From the IMG/VR virus record IMGVR_UViG_3300049793_000140, positions 1 through 52,993 of that record: DNA of 52,993 bases. One strand, given 5' to 3'. Each line of letters begins with the position of its first letter. Within the stretch, counting starts at the first letter, position 1. Made by a program: the position numbers and the translations under genes. Source of the DNA: a virus (Duplodnaviria; Caudoviricetes). The notes under the pieces were generated by a model. The model saw only the letters and a program-made list of their open reading frames with translations, was not told where the DNA came from and ran no database searches. This document shows, in pieces, positions 1 to 8,940 of the stretch.

Positions 1-29
1 TTGCAGATTGTCGCTCATAGCATTTTATT
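1..29. repeat. Terminal direct repeat, copy 1 (circular contig overlap)
   Basis: ttgcagattgtcgctcatagcattttatt is identical to 52965-52993. Confidence 0.95.
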
Positions 30-216
30 TCGGCCGGAAAACGGTTCGATTCATGTTGCAGAACGGACAGCCGTCGGACGTTTGGAATGGGGTGTCATGG
101 TATTGGCAGTGGAAGTATAAACCGCTTGCCTTCGGCGGCGGCACAACCTCTCCATGCAGCGAACGGGCCTGGGCCGGTTCGCTCTTTCGACGATTCAGCG
201 GCATCGTATATCTCAA
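25..216 (-). CDS. Small hypothetical protein with Cys/His motif (start uncertain)
   Basis: CQYH...GCPFC motif. Its stop lies a few bp before the ATG of the 65-aa ORF across the circular junction. Confidence 0.5.
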   Translation of the reverse strand: MRYTMPLNRRKSEPAQARSLHGEVVPPPKASGLYFHCQYHDTPFQTSDGCPFCNMNRTVFRPK

Positions 217-232
217 GTTTGTAAGTTAGACA

Positions 233-568
233 TCAGTAGCCCCGTGAAACAATTCCAAGCTTTTGCAAATCATCGCGCCCAAGGAGAAACGATTCCTCCA
301 TGTTGATGTGTGCGCCGATGAAACGGAGTTCGGCGGCTTCTGCTTTATGGCTGGCAATGCGTTCTTGCATCATCTCCTGCGGACGCTTCGAATTGCTGAT
401 GCTGAATCCCGTCATTGTTTCGTCGATGTCCGGCAGGGCTTCCTTTTGCTGCTCGTAGAAGCGTGCGCGCTCATCGTGAAATTTAGCCCTGGTGTCACAG
501 AGTGTCTTGAGTTCCGATCCGTCGATTGTTACCTTCAGTCCTTCGATCATACCTTCACGTACCTTCAC
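233..568 (-). CDS. Hypothetical phage protein
   Basis: 111-aa ORF in the operon downstream of the exonuclease. Confidence 0.7.
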   Translation of the reverse strand: MKVREGMIEGLKVTIDGSELKTLCDTRAKFHDERARFYEQQKEALPDIDETMTGFSISNSKRPQEMMQERIASHKAEAAELRFIGAHINMEESFLLGRDDLQKLGIVSRGY

Positions 569-591
569 GCGCTGGTTGCAATCGGATGTCC

Positions 592-1275
592 TCAGTGGGC
601 GTCATCGCTGAACTCATGCGCGAATATCATAGGTGCGCGCTTGGGAGGTTCTTCGCCTCCATTAAGTTCAATCAGTTTAGCCCGAGCCGCGTTGAATTTT
701 TTGCGAAAAACTTCGAGCCCAATACCAATTTGGGTGATTATTTCAATATCTCGGTTCACCTTTAGCACGAACGCGGGAAATCCACGCCTGTAGCTTACAA
801 ATTTCCACCATTTGCGGCCAGTGACGTAAAGAGAGCCGTGCACTTGCGCGGCATAGTCTCCTGGCAATATGCCTTCCAAAAGGTATTTGATATGCGTTTG
901 ACTATAGGGACATTTAATCTCAATCCCCCCATCTTCTCCGAGCAATCCGTCAGGTGAACAACCGACGGAGCCATCGTCCGTTGTGATAAGTCCTACTTTC
1001 TGAATTGGTTCTCCAAATTCGAATTCATACCACGGAATTGCTTCTTCCTCCAAGATTCGGCCTTGTTCCATCTGCCAAGGTTGGGGGCCTCCAAAACTCG
1101 GCAACGGTCCTCCCCAGTTCTCAGCCAACTTCTTGGCGAGATACAATGCCGGTCCTTCACCAGTTTTGATCTTCCACAAAGGTGTTATCAATGCATCAAA
1201 TTCACTGGCGGTTGGAATGCCGGCACGAGCTTCGAGCCATGCTTGCGTTCCCTGGGCTGCTTCATGGATCTTCAT
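592..1275 (-). CDS. YqaJ/lambda-exonuclease family recombination nuclease
   Basis: Motifs QGTQAWLEARAGIPTASEF, GCSPDGL, IEIKCP and YAAQVHG; adjacent to an ERF gene. Confidence 0.92.
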   Translation of the reverse strand: MKIHEAAQGTQAWLEARAGIPTASEFDALITPLWKIKTGEGPALYLAKKLAENWGGPLPSFGGPQPWQMEQGRILEEEAIPWYEFEFGEPIQKVGLITTDDGSVGCSPDGLLGEDGGIEIKCPYSQTHIKYLLEGILPGDYAAQVHGSLYVTGRKWWKFVSYRRGFPAFVLKVNRDIEIITQIGIGLEVFRKKFNAARAKLIELNGGEEPPKRAPMIFAHEFSDDAH

Positions 1276-1991
1276 GGCACAACTCGTTCTTTTCGTCTTA
1301 GTGAAGCGTCCAAAAGCGAATATCGAGCCGCAGGAATAGTCTCAAAGCTCTTGGCACCAGCATATTTCAAGAACGATTCCAGATCGGACGCAGTGTCCAT
1401 AACACGCCTCCCTAGTTCCTTCGCCTGTTCTGGCGTTATCGGAGCGCCAAGGTTCCGGGCATCGTCATCGATTCTCACAGAGATGTTAAGGCTGTCGCAC
1501 AAAGCGCCACGCTGCGCGTATTGGGCGGCAGAACCGTCTGCCTGCGATTCTGAGCTGCCAGGCGGGCCCTTACCGATCCTGACGCTGAATTCGTTCGTTA
1601 CAGCATGTCCTCCGACATGCAAGAGCGTGCAAAACATGATTATCCGAGCTTCATCAACCCTGCTTGAGAAACGAACGGAGAATCCATGTTTTGAAAGAAG
1701 CGGCTGGAGCTGCTTCATTATATCTGCATACGGGGCATATTTATAGCGCGTGCTGCCATCGTTATTCGGGACCGCCTTCGTCGCTTGCACTGGTGTTAGT
1801 TCCTTCTGCATATCGCAAAAGGCTATGGCAAACATGTGCTGAGCCTCGCGATCCTGCATTCGCTCATAAAGTCCACAGAGTGTTTCCAATTCTTTAGCCG
1901 AAACGCCTTTGTCGATGGCCAATTGCAGCATCTGGCCCACGCTCGGCACTTGCGCTGGATCAGGCTTTAGAACTTCAAGTGCGCCACTCAT
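1272..1991 (-). CDS. ERF-family single-strand annealing protein
   Basis: Motifs YKYAPYADIM..L.PLL.KHGF and SQADGSAAQYAQRGAL..SLNI...DDDA; coupled to the exonuclease. Confidence 0.88.
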   Translation of the reverse strand: MSGALEVLKPDPAQVPSVGQMLQLAIDKGVSAKELETLCGLYERMQDREAQHMFAIAFCDMQKELTPVQATKAVPNNDGSTRYKYAPYADIMKQLQPLLSKHGFSVRFSSRVDEARIIMFCTLLHVGGHAVTNEFSVRIGKGPPGSSESQADGSAAQYAQRGALCDSLNISVRIDDDARNLGAPITPEQAKELGRRVMDTASDLESFLKYAGAKSFETIPAARYSLLDASLRRKERVVP

Positions 1992-2305
1992 GCCGGCACC
2001 TCCAGCGCCTTCCCCCGCTTTTTCTTTCCGCCGTTAATCTTTCGAGCGATCGCTTTGGACCGGTGCGTCGTTGAGAGGATATCGACAATCCGCTCGCGTT
2101 CGGTCATTAGGACATCAATAGTCTCCATTAGGATGCTAGCTGCCTCCGGTGACGCAATAAGTGAGCCTTCCTTGCGCAAAACCAAAATCAATTCACACCT
2201 GATGGCAAGCTCCAGCGTCTCGTGTTTCGAATTGTCAGATGCTATGTAAATCAACGCTTTTAATTTTGTGATCATTTGCTCCTTCCTTGCCTTCTTTTCA
2301 GTCAA
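1988..2305 (-). CDS. Hypothetical protein (start uncertain)
   Basis: Stop overlaps the ERF start (ATGA). Confidence 0.6.
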   Translation of the reverse strand: MTEKKARKEQMITKLKALIYIASDNSKHETLELAIRCELILVLRKEGSLIASPEAASILMETIDVLMTERERIVDILSTTHRSKAIARKINGGKKKRGKALEVPA

Positions 2306-2375
2306 TTACTTTTCGCTCCATATGCGAAAACCAGTCATATTCCTTGAATGCTTTCGTTTTTTTCTATTCGGCCAT

Positions 2376-2404
2376 ATCCTAACCAAAGCGATTAGATGTG
2401 TCAA
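2376..2404 (-). promoter_or_regulatory. Sigma70-like promoter for the recombination operon
   Basis: TTGACA-17 bp-TAGGAT on the minus strand in an intergenic gap. Confidence 0.7.
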
Positions 2405-2415
2405 CAATATATTCG

Positions 2416-2461
2416 AAAATAAAACGGGCGAATCACTGTAACAGGTAAGTCGCGCCGTTTT
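2416..2461 (-). terminator. Putative intrinsic terminator
   Basis: Imperfect stem aaacggcgcga...tcgcccgttt followed by tatttt, just after the 126-aa ORF. Confidence 0.5.
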
Positions 2462-2471
2462 CGCCGGCAAA

Positions 2472-2852
2472 TCAGGGCAATTGTTGTTTGATAGCCAACG
2501 GGAGAGCGGAAATAAACTCTGATTTCATGCGATCTAAATCGGTGCGAAAGCCTTCGATGTTGCCCATCACCATGGCGGCAAATGCCAGTTCGTCCAAACT
2601 CTGCCTGAGATCCGGATTCTGTTGGGCCAGCACATTGGCAGTTGCATTCAAAGTATCATCGGCTTGCTGGGCGTTAGAGATCAGAATTGCCGCCTCATTG
2701 TCGAATTGCTTCAGCAATGTCCGCGCTTGCTCTATAGTTGTAACAAGACGCGGATTGTTGATTGGTTGATACGGATTCATATGCAAGTAGTGAGTGGCTT
2801 CGCGAATGAAACCGATTAAAGCCCGCAGCAACTCTTCGTGCTCGTATTTCAC
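2472..2852 (-). CDS. Hypothetical helical protein
   Basis: 126-aa ORF with GTG start, directly downstream of the lipoprotein gene. Confidence 0.65.
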   Translation of the reverse strand: MKYEHEELLRALIGFIREATHYLHMNPYQPINNPRLVTTIEQARTLLKQFDNEAAILISNAQQADDTLNATANVLAQQNPDLRQSLDELAFAAMVMGNIEGFRTDLDRMKSEFISALPLAIKQQLP

Positions 2853-2862
2853 TTCCTACCAC

Positions 2863-3276
2863 TTAATGCCGGGTATAACGATGCGGCATGTTTTCAAGCA
2901 TCTGCTTTTGGGCTTTGTGGACAGCCGGTTTTTCCTCTGGTGAAATCCACAAAACCACCAAGTCAACCACAGCGATGGCTGCATAGTTGAGATTGTTCAG
3001 CATCATGTTCACATCGTTCGGATCTTTGCTTTGGCTGTCGTGGTAAGCCTGCATTGCGGAAGCGAAAGCCGTTTTTGCGATCTGATAGGAGGCAAAATAT
3101 TGTTTGACCTTTTCGATTTCCGCAGCGCTGGGGCGTCCGGTCGAGACGTATCGATGCCAGGCTGTTTGGGCGAGCGTCACGGCAATATCCATTGCGCCCA
3201 TTGCGGAGTTGGCATTCCGCTCGAAAGTTGCACACCCTAATAAACCGGCAAGTAATATGGTGAGTGCAAGTTTCAT
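2863..3276 (-). CDS. Predicted lipoprotein
   Basis: MKLALTILLAGLLG|C lipobox-type signal peptide. Confidence 0.75.
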   Translation of the reverse strand: MKLALTILLAGLLGCATFERNANSAMGAMDIAVTLAQTAWHRYVSTGRPSAAEIEKVKQYFASYQIAKTAFASAMQAYHDSQSKDPNDVNMMLNNLNYAAIAVVDLVVLWISPEEKPAVHKAQKQMLENMPHRYTRH

Positions 3277-3292
3277 AAATGTCTTATGCAGG

Positions 3293-3529
3293 TTATTTGT
3301 ACGTTCGCGCCGGCAGGAATGCCCTATCCCAAGGCCAGCCTAATGTTAGCCTGCGATAGACCGTCTTGGGCGACAGTCCGCTCGCTAATGCACGCTGCCT
3401 AACGGAGGTTGGATCTGGCTTTCGCTTCATGCTATTGCGCTGACACGCCAGGGTTTTTGCCCGAGAGCTGCGAGAGCCACCAATGGCTCCAAGCTCGCGG
3501 GCGGCTCTCGTTGGGGTTATTTTTATCAC
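3293..3529 (-). CDS. Small basic DNA-binding protein (AA..LG..GG motif plus HTH-like C-terminus)
   Basis: AARELGAIGGSRSSRAKTLA is paralogous to the 5578-5757 protein; GLSPKTVYRRLTLGW is HTH-like. Confidence 0.7.
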   Translation of the reverse strand: MIKITPTRAARELGAIGGSRSSRAKTLACQRNSMKRKPDPTSVRQRALASGLSPKTVYRRLTLGWPWDRAFLPARTYK

Positions 3530-3537
3530 TGAATGTG

Positions 3538-3565
3538 AAAATACCTAAGCGGTTCGTAAATGCAA
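3538..3565 (-). promoter_or_regulatory. Putative promoter with operator-like spacer
   Basis: TTGCAT-16 bp-TATTTT; the spacer resembles those at 2376-2404 and 5769-5796. Confidence 0.5.
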
Positions 3566-3934
3566 GTCTTTTGCCATTTCGGCTTTCAAATACTCTGGCA
3601 TGGGTGAGAATTGAAGTCGCGAGTTATGGCCTAGCGTGACCGCTTCAATGTTATCAATGGAATATCCCCTTGCATTGTCTTTTCGATGGATCGACAAACT
3701 CCACGAATGCTTTCCACGCAACAAATCGTAACCGGTTTCTTTTGCGAATGCTTCGTATTGCTCGAAGCTCAATTCGAAAGATTTATCGCGCTCTCTGGCG
3801 CGAGAGCGCAAATGAGCGTACGCATATTTTAACGGATAGCGCTCTTTGAATTGTCGTGATCGATGCTTCGCGCATATGTTGGAGCGATCACGCTCGGTAA
3901 CTCGCCCACGGCAATATTTGATTGCGCATTTCAT
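3545..3934 (-). CDS. HNH-type endonuclease-like protein
   Basis: RSRARERDKSFELSFEQY and LSIHRKDNARGYSIDNI resemble the SIDRIDN.GY..DN signature of phage HNH proteins. Confidence 0.72.
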   Translation of the reverse strand: MKCAIKYCRGRVTERDRSNICAKHRSRQFKERYPLKYAYAHLRSRARERDKSFELSFEQYEAFAKETGYDLLRGKHSWSLSIHRKDNARGYSIDNIEAVTLGHNSRLQFSPMPEYLKAEMAKDLHLRTA

Positions 3935-3968
3935 TTTGGTCTGCGCTCTCCCACTTGTATCTCAATCA

Positions 3969-4271
3969 TTACAAAAAGCATGTTCCGACGTGTTCAAGAA
4001 GCGCATCCGTTTCTAGCCGAGTCGGTGTCACGACGCGGATGTTAATGTCTCGCTCATTCGCTATCATCAGGCAGATGTGCTCCATCGCTGCCTCATAGTC
4101 CCCGCCACAATCAGTGAATCGCTCGCGGCGTACTTTGTGCCGATTGAAAATCCCAGTTGATTTGCTTTCCACGATGATTTCCATATTGGCGATCATCGGT
4201 TCAACTCCTCGCTGGTCAGGTTGCAGCGCCGCTTCGGCTTCGGGCCATCGCTTTGGCTTTGAATTCCTCAC
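3969..4271 (-). CDS. Hypothetical protein
   Basis: 100-aa ORF co-oriented with its neighbours. Confidence 0.6.
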   Translation of the reverse strand: MRNSKPKRWPEAEAALQPDQRGVEPMIANMEIIVESKSTGIFNRHKVRRERFTDCGGDYEAAMEHICLMIANERDINIRVVTPTRLETDALLEHVGTCFL

Positions 4272-4349
4272 GTTGGTTCTCGCTTTTCATTATTCAACGG
4301 CCCATCGGCCGATTCACCGGCTCCTCTTTCTTCGAACAGTGGGAACAGA

Positions 4350-5204
4350 TCATAGCCATTTCACCCCCGGACTGCCCAACTCCGTGAGGACCTCCAACGC
4401 CAGCCGCGCGGAGAGGCAAAGATATTTGTCCGCACTGTCCGCACTGTCCTCACTGGCCTCACTGGCCGCACTGGCCGCCCTGTCCGCACTGTCCGCACTG
4501 TCCGCACTGTCCTCACTGGCCGCACTGTCCGCACTGGCCCCACTGGCCGCCCTGGCCTCACTGGCCGCATTGGCCGCCCTGGCCGCACTGTCCGCACTGG
4601 CCTCACTGTCCGCACTGGCCGCACTGGCCACCCAGGCCGCCCTGGCCGCCCTGTCCGCACTGGCCGCACTGGCCACCCAGGCCGCCCTGGCCGCCCTGGC
4701 CGCACTGTCCGCATTTCCTTCGCGCTCACAATAATCGGCGGCGGCTAAGACGGTTGGCTCACCGGGGAAAATCTGACGGAACAAAGCTGGCAGCAGAATA
4801 CGGATCGTTTTCTCGGCCAACCGCCTCGTGAACTCTCGATCATCTACTACGCCACGCGACCCGATTTGAGCAATACCCAGATCCCGCAAACCGCTCGCCC
4901 GAGCCGCGGACGAGGACCAGCACGAGTCGTTCAAGTTGATTTTGTACCTCCGCACCGCCTCGGCGACACATTCAGGGTTGTCCCCAAATGGCAGATCGAG
5001 TGCGACACAAATGGCCGCCTCAATACACATCTGCCCATTTCTCTGGCCCAGCCCCTCGCACAGTCCGCGTGCCAGAATCTCATCAAACCGCCCGATCGTT
5101 TTAGGAAAATCAATTTCCAGTGGGATTTGCATTTTTGGTTTTGTTTTCTTTTCTCCAACTCCTGAATTTTTTCCGCCCATGTCGCAATATTCGCATTTGT
5201 TCAT
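4350..5204 (-). CDS. Hypothetical protein with Ala/Ser/Asp/Arg low-complexity tripeptide repeat
   Basis: 284-aa ORF; N-terminal GQMCIEAA...DNPECV domain and an ADSAARA-type repeat tract; start may be downstream. Confidence 0.8.
   Translation of the reverse strand: MNKCEYCDMGGKNSGVGEKKTKPKMQIPLEIDFPKTIGRFDEILARGLCEGLGQRNGQMCIEAAICVALDLPFGDNPECVAEAVRRYKINLNDSCWSSSAARASGLRDLGIAQIGSRGVVDDREFTRRLAEKTIRILLPALFRQIFPGEPTVLAAADYCEREGNADSAARAARAAWVASAASADRAARAAWVASAASADSEASADSAARAANAASEARAASGASADSAASEDSADSADSADRAASAASEASEDSADSADKYLCLSARLALEVLTELGSPGVKWL
4427..4713. repeat. Degenerate 9-bp tandem repeat inside a CDS
   Basis: About 30 units of gcactgtcc/gcactggcc/gccctggcc. Confidence 0.9.
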
Positions 5205-5212
5205 CCATTGAT

Positions 5213-5581
5213 CTATTCGTTCGTCAGCTTCTCGTCGTCGCCTGCGTGGTGCGGTTCGTAGCTGCTCTCCCGGTCTTTGTCTTCCGCGTCCAACTTTTCG
5301 TCAACCTCAGTGATTTGCTCGAACTCCGCGACCCGCTCCACAATCCTAAGCGCAGCTTCCGCAAATCGGTTGTCCGCTTCGGTGCCGGATTCCAGCGCCT
5401 TGGCGACATACTCAACGATCGCGTTCAGGTCCCGCGCGCATTGGTTGCGCCATTCCTCGTTGTGCGCTTTGTCGTCGTATTGGATATTGCAGCGCTCAAC
5501 TTGACTCTTGGGAGGCCGTGCAGCGAGCGCGACGTAAACAGCGTTCAGGTTGGCTTCCATCAGTTTGATTTCGTTGCTCAT
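5213..5581 (-). CDS. Hypothetical acidic protein
   Basis: 122-aa ORF with ATGA coupling to the upstream gene. Confidence 0.7.
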   Translation of the reverse strand: MSNEIKLMEANLNAVYVALAARPPKSQVERCNIQYDDKAHNEEWRNQCARDLNAIVEYVAKALESGTEADNRFAEAALRIVERVAEFEQITEVDEKLDAEDKDRESSYEPHHAGDDEKLTNE

Positions 5582-5757
5582 GCCGGGAGAGTGGGAGATT
5601 GCGGTCGTGATAGCTCGTTGCCTTGCGTTGATTTCTTACGCTTCCGACCTTTCGGCCAACCGCCGAGTTTCGCGTTCTCTCGCACGGCCAGCGTCTTCGC
5701 CTTGGAGGTAGCTTTTCCTCCAAGGCGCCCAAGGACTAAAGCAGCCGGATTTTTCAT
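5578..5757 (-). CDS. Small basic putative DNA-binding protein
   Basis: MKNPAALVLGRLGGKATSKAKTLAVRENAKLGGWPKGRKRKK; first gene behind a promoter; start moved to the ATG at 5757. Confidence 0.75.
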   Translation of the reverse strand: MKNPAALVLGRLGGKATSKAKTLAVRENAKLGGWPKGRKRKKSTQGNELSRPQSPTLPA

Positions 5758-5768
5758 TGAATACCTAC

Positions 5769-5796
5769 ACAATAGCTGAGCAGTTAGGTATTACAA
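5769..5796 (-). promoter_or_regulatory. Putative early promoter with operator-like spacer
   Basis: TTGTAA-16 bp-TATTGT directly upstream of the small basic protein gene. Confidence 0.55.
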
Positions 5797-5885
5797 GAGG
5801 AATCGCAAACTATTTTCTGCCTCTGTTCGCGGTCCCTCCCGGAGAGCGCCCACATTTCAAGCCCTTTAATTTCGGAAAGGGTCAT

Positions 5886-6290
5886 TTACCCATTTTTAAG
5901 TTTCTGTTCAGCAAGAAAGTCATCAATGATACGTTGTTTCTCAAGGTCGTTTCGCGTTTGAGTTGCGAGTGCTTTCGCCTGATTTGAATTGTGGTCATCG
6001 GAAATTTTACGTGCAGCGACGGCTTCTAATATTTTCTCTGGATCTTGAGTAAGCCGGGCTACTGCTTCCTGAGCGCTAGCCGCCGTTGCGAGTGCCGTGC
6101 CGAGCGGTCCATCGACCGATTTTTTGATCTCGGACGTGGTATTTTTAATCTCGGCAATTTCTCGATTGTTTTTCTGGCGATGCTTTTTCGACCACCACAT
6201 CGCCATAAATTGCATGATCGCCAAGCCGAGCAATGCCAGATTGTTGATTGCCGTCGAATATCCAGAGTCTATGGCAGAAAACTGTATCAT
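5886..6290 (-). CDS. Membrane protein, holin-like candidate
   Basis: One N-terminal hydrophobic helix (NLALLGLAIMQFMAMWW), a basic patch and a coiled coil; last gene of the late block. Confidence 0.5.
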   Translation of the reverse strand: MIQFSAIDSGYSTAINNLALLGLAIMQFMAMWWSKKHRQKNNREIAEIKNTTSEIKKSVDGPLGTALATAASAQEAVARLTQDPEKILEAVAARKISDDHNSNQAKALATQTRNDLEKQRIIDDFLAEQKLKNG

Positions 6291-8800
6291 AATCGTGTTC
6301 CTCTTCGTCGAGATTTAGCACCGTGCACATTCGTAAGGCTGGTCAGCGGTGCATTCGTAAATGCCGCGAACCGGCTTGCATCAGCACTTAATATCACAGT
6401 GACGTTGCTATTTCCAGACGAAGCCGATGAACCATCGAGGTTTTTCCAGTCAACGAACACCTGCCCATTTGTCAGCGTCGGCGGTGCGCTTAATTGGACC
6501 GATGTGGAGGCAGGATATGTGCGTGTGAATCCCGTAATGCCATTGGACAAGGAGTTGACATCTATCACCGAAAGGGAGATCGGAACGCCCGTCGCCGGAT
6601 TGATCGAACCGACTACAAGGTCGTGATTCACCGGAGCCGGCGCAACGTATGTTGCGACGAAGCTCGCCGGGCTGACTACGAGGTTCGCGCTATTGGCTAT
6701 AATCGTGAAAGCTACAGAAGTCGTGAAATCGACCCCGTTCTTGCTCCATTTCTGGAAATTGTTGCCTCCGGCTGTAGTCGGCGCGGTGACAGTAATCGAC
6801 ACGCCATCGTTGTTTGTTCGGTTGAACGAGGTTACGCCAGCCCCGAGACCGCCGTTGTCATTCGGAGAATATCCAATCGTCACGCCACTCGCGGGATTCA
6901 CGCTCGCGAATGAGAGCGTCCACGTCACAATCGGAGGTGCGATATAAGTTGCCTGCCAAGTCTCGTTCGTCGTCACCGTGAAACTGACGGTGTTGGTAAA
7001 GGCAAAGTCTACCCCAGCGCGGCGCCATTTGCTGAAATTGTTTGTGCCGGCAGTAAGCGGGGCTGCGAGCGTGACGGGCGTGCCGAATAGATAGTTGCGT
7101 ATGAAGCTAGTGGTGCCGGTCGAATTGCCGTCGATATCCGAGGTAGCTATTATCGAGAAGCCGTTGGCCGGCGAGCTGGTTACGGTGATGACATTCGTCG
7201 GCGTGGATGCTGCGCCAGTGATTCGTTCCAGCACGAAGGCTCCAAACTTTGGGAAAGTCTTTGGCCCGGTAACCGTACTCGAGCCGTGAGGTAAGGCCAC
7301 AGTGTGGGATGCTGCCAGCATATTCAGCGTGATCACGTTACCAGGCAGGGTATTGGTTGTGATGTCCACCAGGTAGTCTTGTGCGTTGCGGACACGCACA
7401 GAATCCAGCGTGCTCCAGCCAAGAGTAGCGAGGTTCACCGCAATCGTGGAACCCAGCGACCAATTGTAGGCCGCGATCTGAGCCCGGTTCGTGTCGTACT
7501 GGTTGGGTTGCAGGACAACGTGGTTGGTCGTCGGCAATAAGTTGATCGTGGAGTTATCATCAAACGGCGTGCCGGCAATCCAATTGGCCAGGCTCACCGG
7601 AGCCAATCCCTCGACGCGGAATCCTTGCGCGTTAGTTGGCGTGAAAAAGTAATGATTACGGTCCACTGTCCAGCCCGGAACGATTGTCGTTCCACTGATC
7701 GGGATGTAATCGAACAATTTGGCTGTGGGCGAGTCGATCACTGTGTTGTCCACTATCAGCGCGTTGGTCCACGAGCCTCCCTGCAAGCCGCCCAGACCGA
7801 TGTAATTGTTCGTCACTTCGATCGATGTTGCGTTGATCGAGGTGAAGTAAATGAATACGAGGTCGCTGTTGAACTGAAGATTGTTCCAGACATGATTATC
7901 CCCCTCGTCCCCGTCTTTTCGGCCACCAACTAGCAGCCGGTTGTTTACCAGGATATTGTGGTGAATGAGATAATGGTACACCGACGCTGAACCAGATCCG
8001 TAAGCTTGGATGCTGTTGTCGTAATTGTTAAGAACGACGTTGTAGGAAATGTCCTTTGACTCGCGCGCCGCCGTATTTTGGGTGTAAAATCCATGTCCGT
8101 GAAGCTGCGTCACGCCCACCCATCCATTATTATAGACCACGTTATTGCGTGCGAAAAGTCGACTGGATTGTTGCCAGGCAGATATGCCCGTGCTGACATC
8201 GTGCACTACGAGGTTTTCGATGATGTTGGATTGTCCAAAATTATAGAGGCCGTCGCTCAGAAAGAAATCGGTTGGGAAAGACGGATCAGTCGGCGGTATG
8301 CAAGTCGGACAAGAGACCGTTGAACTAAACCTGTCGGCAGTGCTCGATGAGGTGATTTCGAAGTTGCGCAAGTGAAGGAAGCGCCCCTTGGTGGCGTCGC
8401 TCGATGAGCCTAGCATCAGCGTTGGGCGTGCGGTGGCATGGTACTCGAAGGGTGCGCCAAAGGCTTGGCCATCGATGATTGCCCATTCGTTTGTCGCACT
8501 CTCAACGATGATTTCATTTGCGTAGGCACCGCTGATCAATGCCTGGAAGATGTCGCCTTCGTTGCCTCCAGCCACGTAATGCTCTGGCGAATTCGTAAAC
8601 GCACCTCCTCTCAATTCTAGCTTGTCACCCCCCACTAATGTAGCGGTCTTCGCAAGTGCGGTTCTCAGATCCCAAGGACTAGCAATGGAGCCTGTTCCGC
8701 CAGCCGTGCCATTAGTGGCCGCGAAATAGATCGCTGCTCCCGCAGACTCAGAAAGCATGAGCGCGACGGCTAACAATACTGAGAAAACAATGAGCTTCAT
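6287..8800 (-). CDS. Secreted parallel beta-helix protein with three C-terminal beta-sandwich repeats
   Basis: Sec signal MKLIVFSVLLAVALMLSESAGA|A; GTGSIASPWDL start motif; beta-helix-like N/V/I stacks; three ~80-aa repeats (G.TSF.R.Y....VTL.AP......F.KW). Confidence 0.8.
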   Translation of the reverse strand: MKLIVFSVLLAVALMLSESAGAAIYFAATNGTAGGTGSIASPWDLRTALAKTATLVGGDKLELRGGAFTNSPEHYVAGGNEGDIFQALISGAYANEIIVESATNEWAIIDGQAFGAPFEYHATARPTLMLGSSSDATKGRFLHLRNFEITSSSTADRFSSTVSCPTCIPPTDPSFPTDFFLSDGLYNFGQSNIIENLVVHDVSTGISAWQQSSRLFARNNVVYNNGWVGVTQLHGHGFYTQNTAARESKDISYNVVLNNYDNSIQAYGSGSASVYHYLIHHNILVNNRLLVGGRKDGDEGDNHVWNNLQFNSDLVFIYFTSINATSIEVTNNYIGLGGLQGGSWTNALIVDNTVIDSPTAKLFDYIPISGTTIVPGWTVDRNHYFFTPTNAQGFRVEGLAPVSLANWIAGTPFDDNSTINLLPTTNHVVLQPNQYDTNRAQIAAYNWSLGSTIAVNLATLGWSTLDSVRVRNAQDYLVDITTNTLPGNVITLNMLAASHTVALPHGSSTVTGPKTFPKFGAFVLERITGAASTPTNVITVTSSPANGFSIIATSDIDGNSTGTTSFIRNYLFGTPVTLAAPLTAGTNNFSKWRRAGVDFAFTNTVSFTVTTNETWQATYIAPPIVTWTLSFASVNPASGVTIGYSPNDNGGLGAGVTSFNRTNNDGVSITVTAPTTAGGNNFQKWSKNGVDFTTSVAFTIIANSANLVVSPASFVATYVAPAPVNHDLVVGSINPATGVPISLSVIDVNSLSNGITGFTRTYPASTSVQLSAPPTLTNGQVFVDWKNLDGSSASSGNSNVTVILSADASRFAAFTNAPLTSLTNVHGAKSRRRGTRL

Positions 8801-8934
8801 TAAAATATTGTCTTCTGATTATCCACACTGTACAGTCCAAGGAACACCGCCATAATTGAAAGGCTTTCGCATGGATGGTCTGTCGACCAAGCCCTTACGC
8901 GCCCATTCCAGCGATACCGCAAAAAGTCTCGCAT
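8800..8934 (-). CDS. Possible 44-aa ORF (MRDFLRYRW...KTIF)
   Basis: Fills the gap exactly; its TAA overlaps the next ATG (TAATG); below the ORF-track cutoff. Confidence 0.4.
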   Translation of the reverse strand: MRDFLRYRWNGRVRAWSTDHPCESLSIMAVFLGLYSVDNQKTIF

Positions 8935-8940
8935 GATTGC

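Noticed and set aside
1-29. Biological terminal repeat or att site
   Set aside because: It cuts through an ORF start in a continuous operon and is best explained as assembler overlap of a circular contig; no integrase found.
4427-4713. CRISPR array
   Set aside because: Contiguous 9-bp coding repeats with no unique spacers; no cas genes.
4114-4734. Plus-strand 206-aa Ala/Leu ORF and minus-strand 122-aa Arg/Pro/Val ORF
   Set aside because: Alternative frames kept open by the 9-bp repeat.
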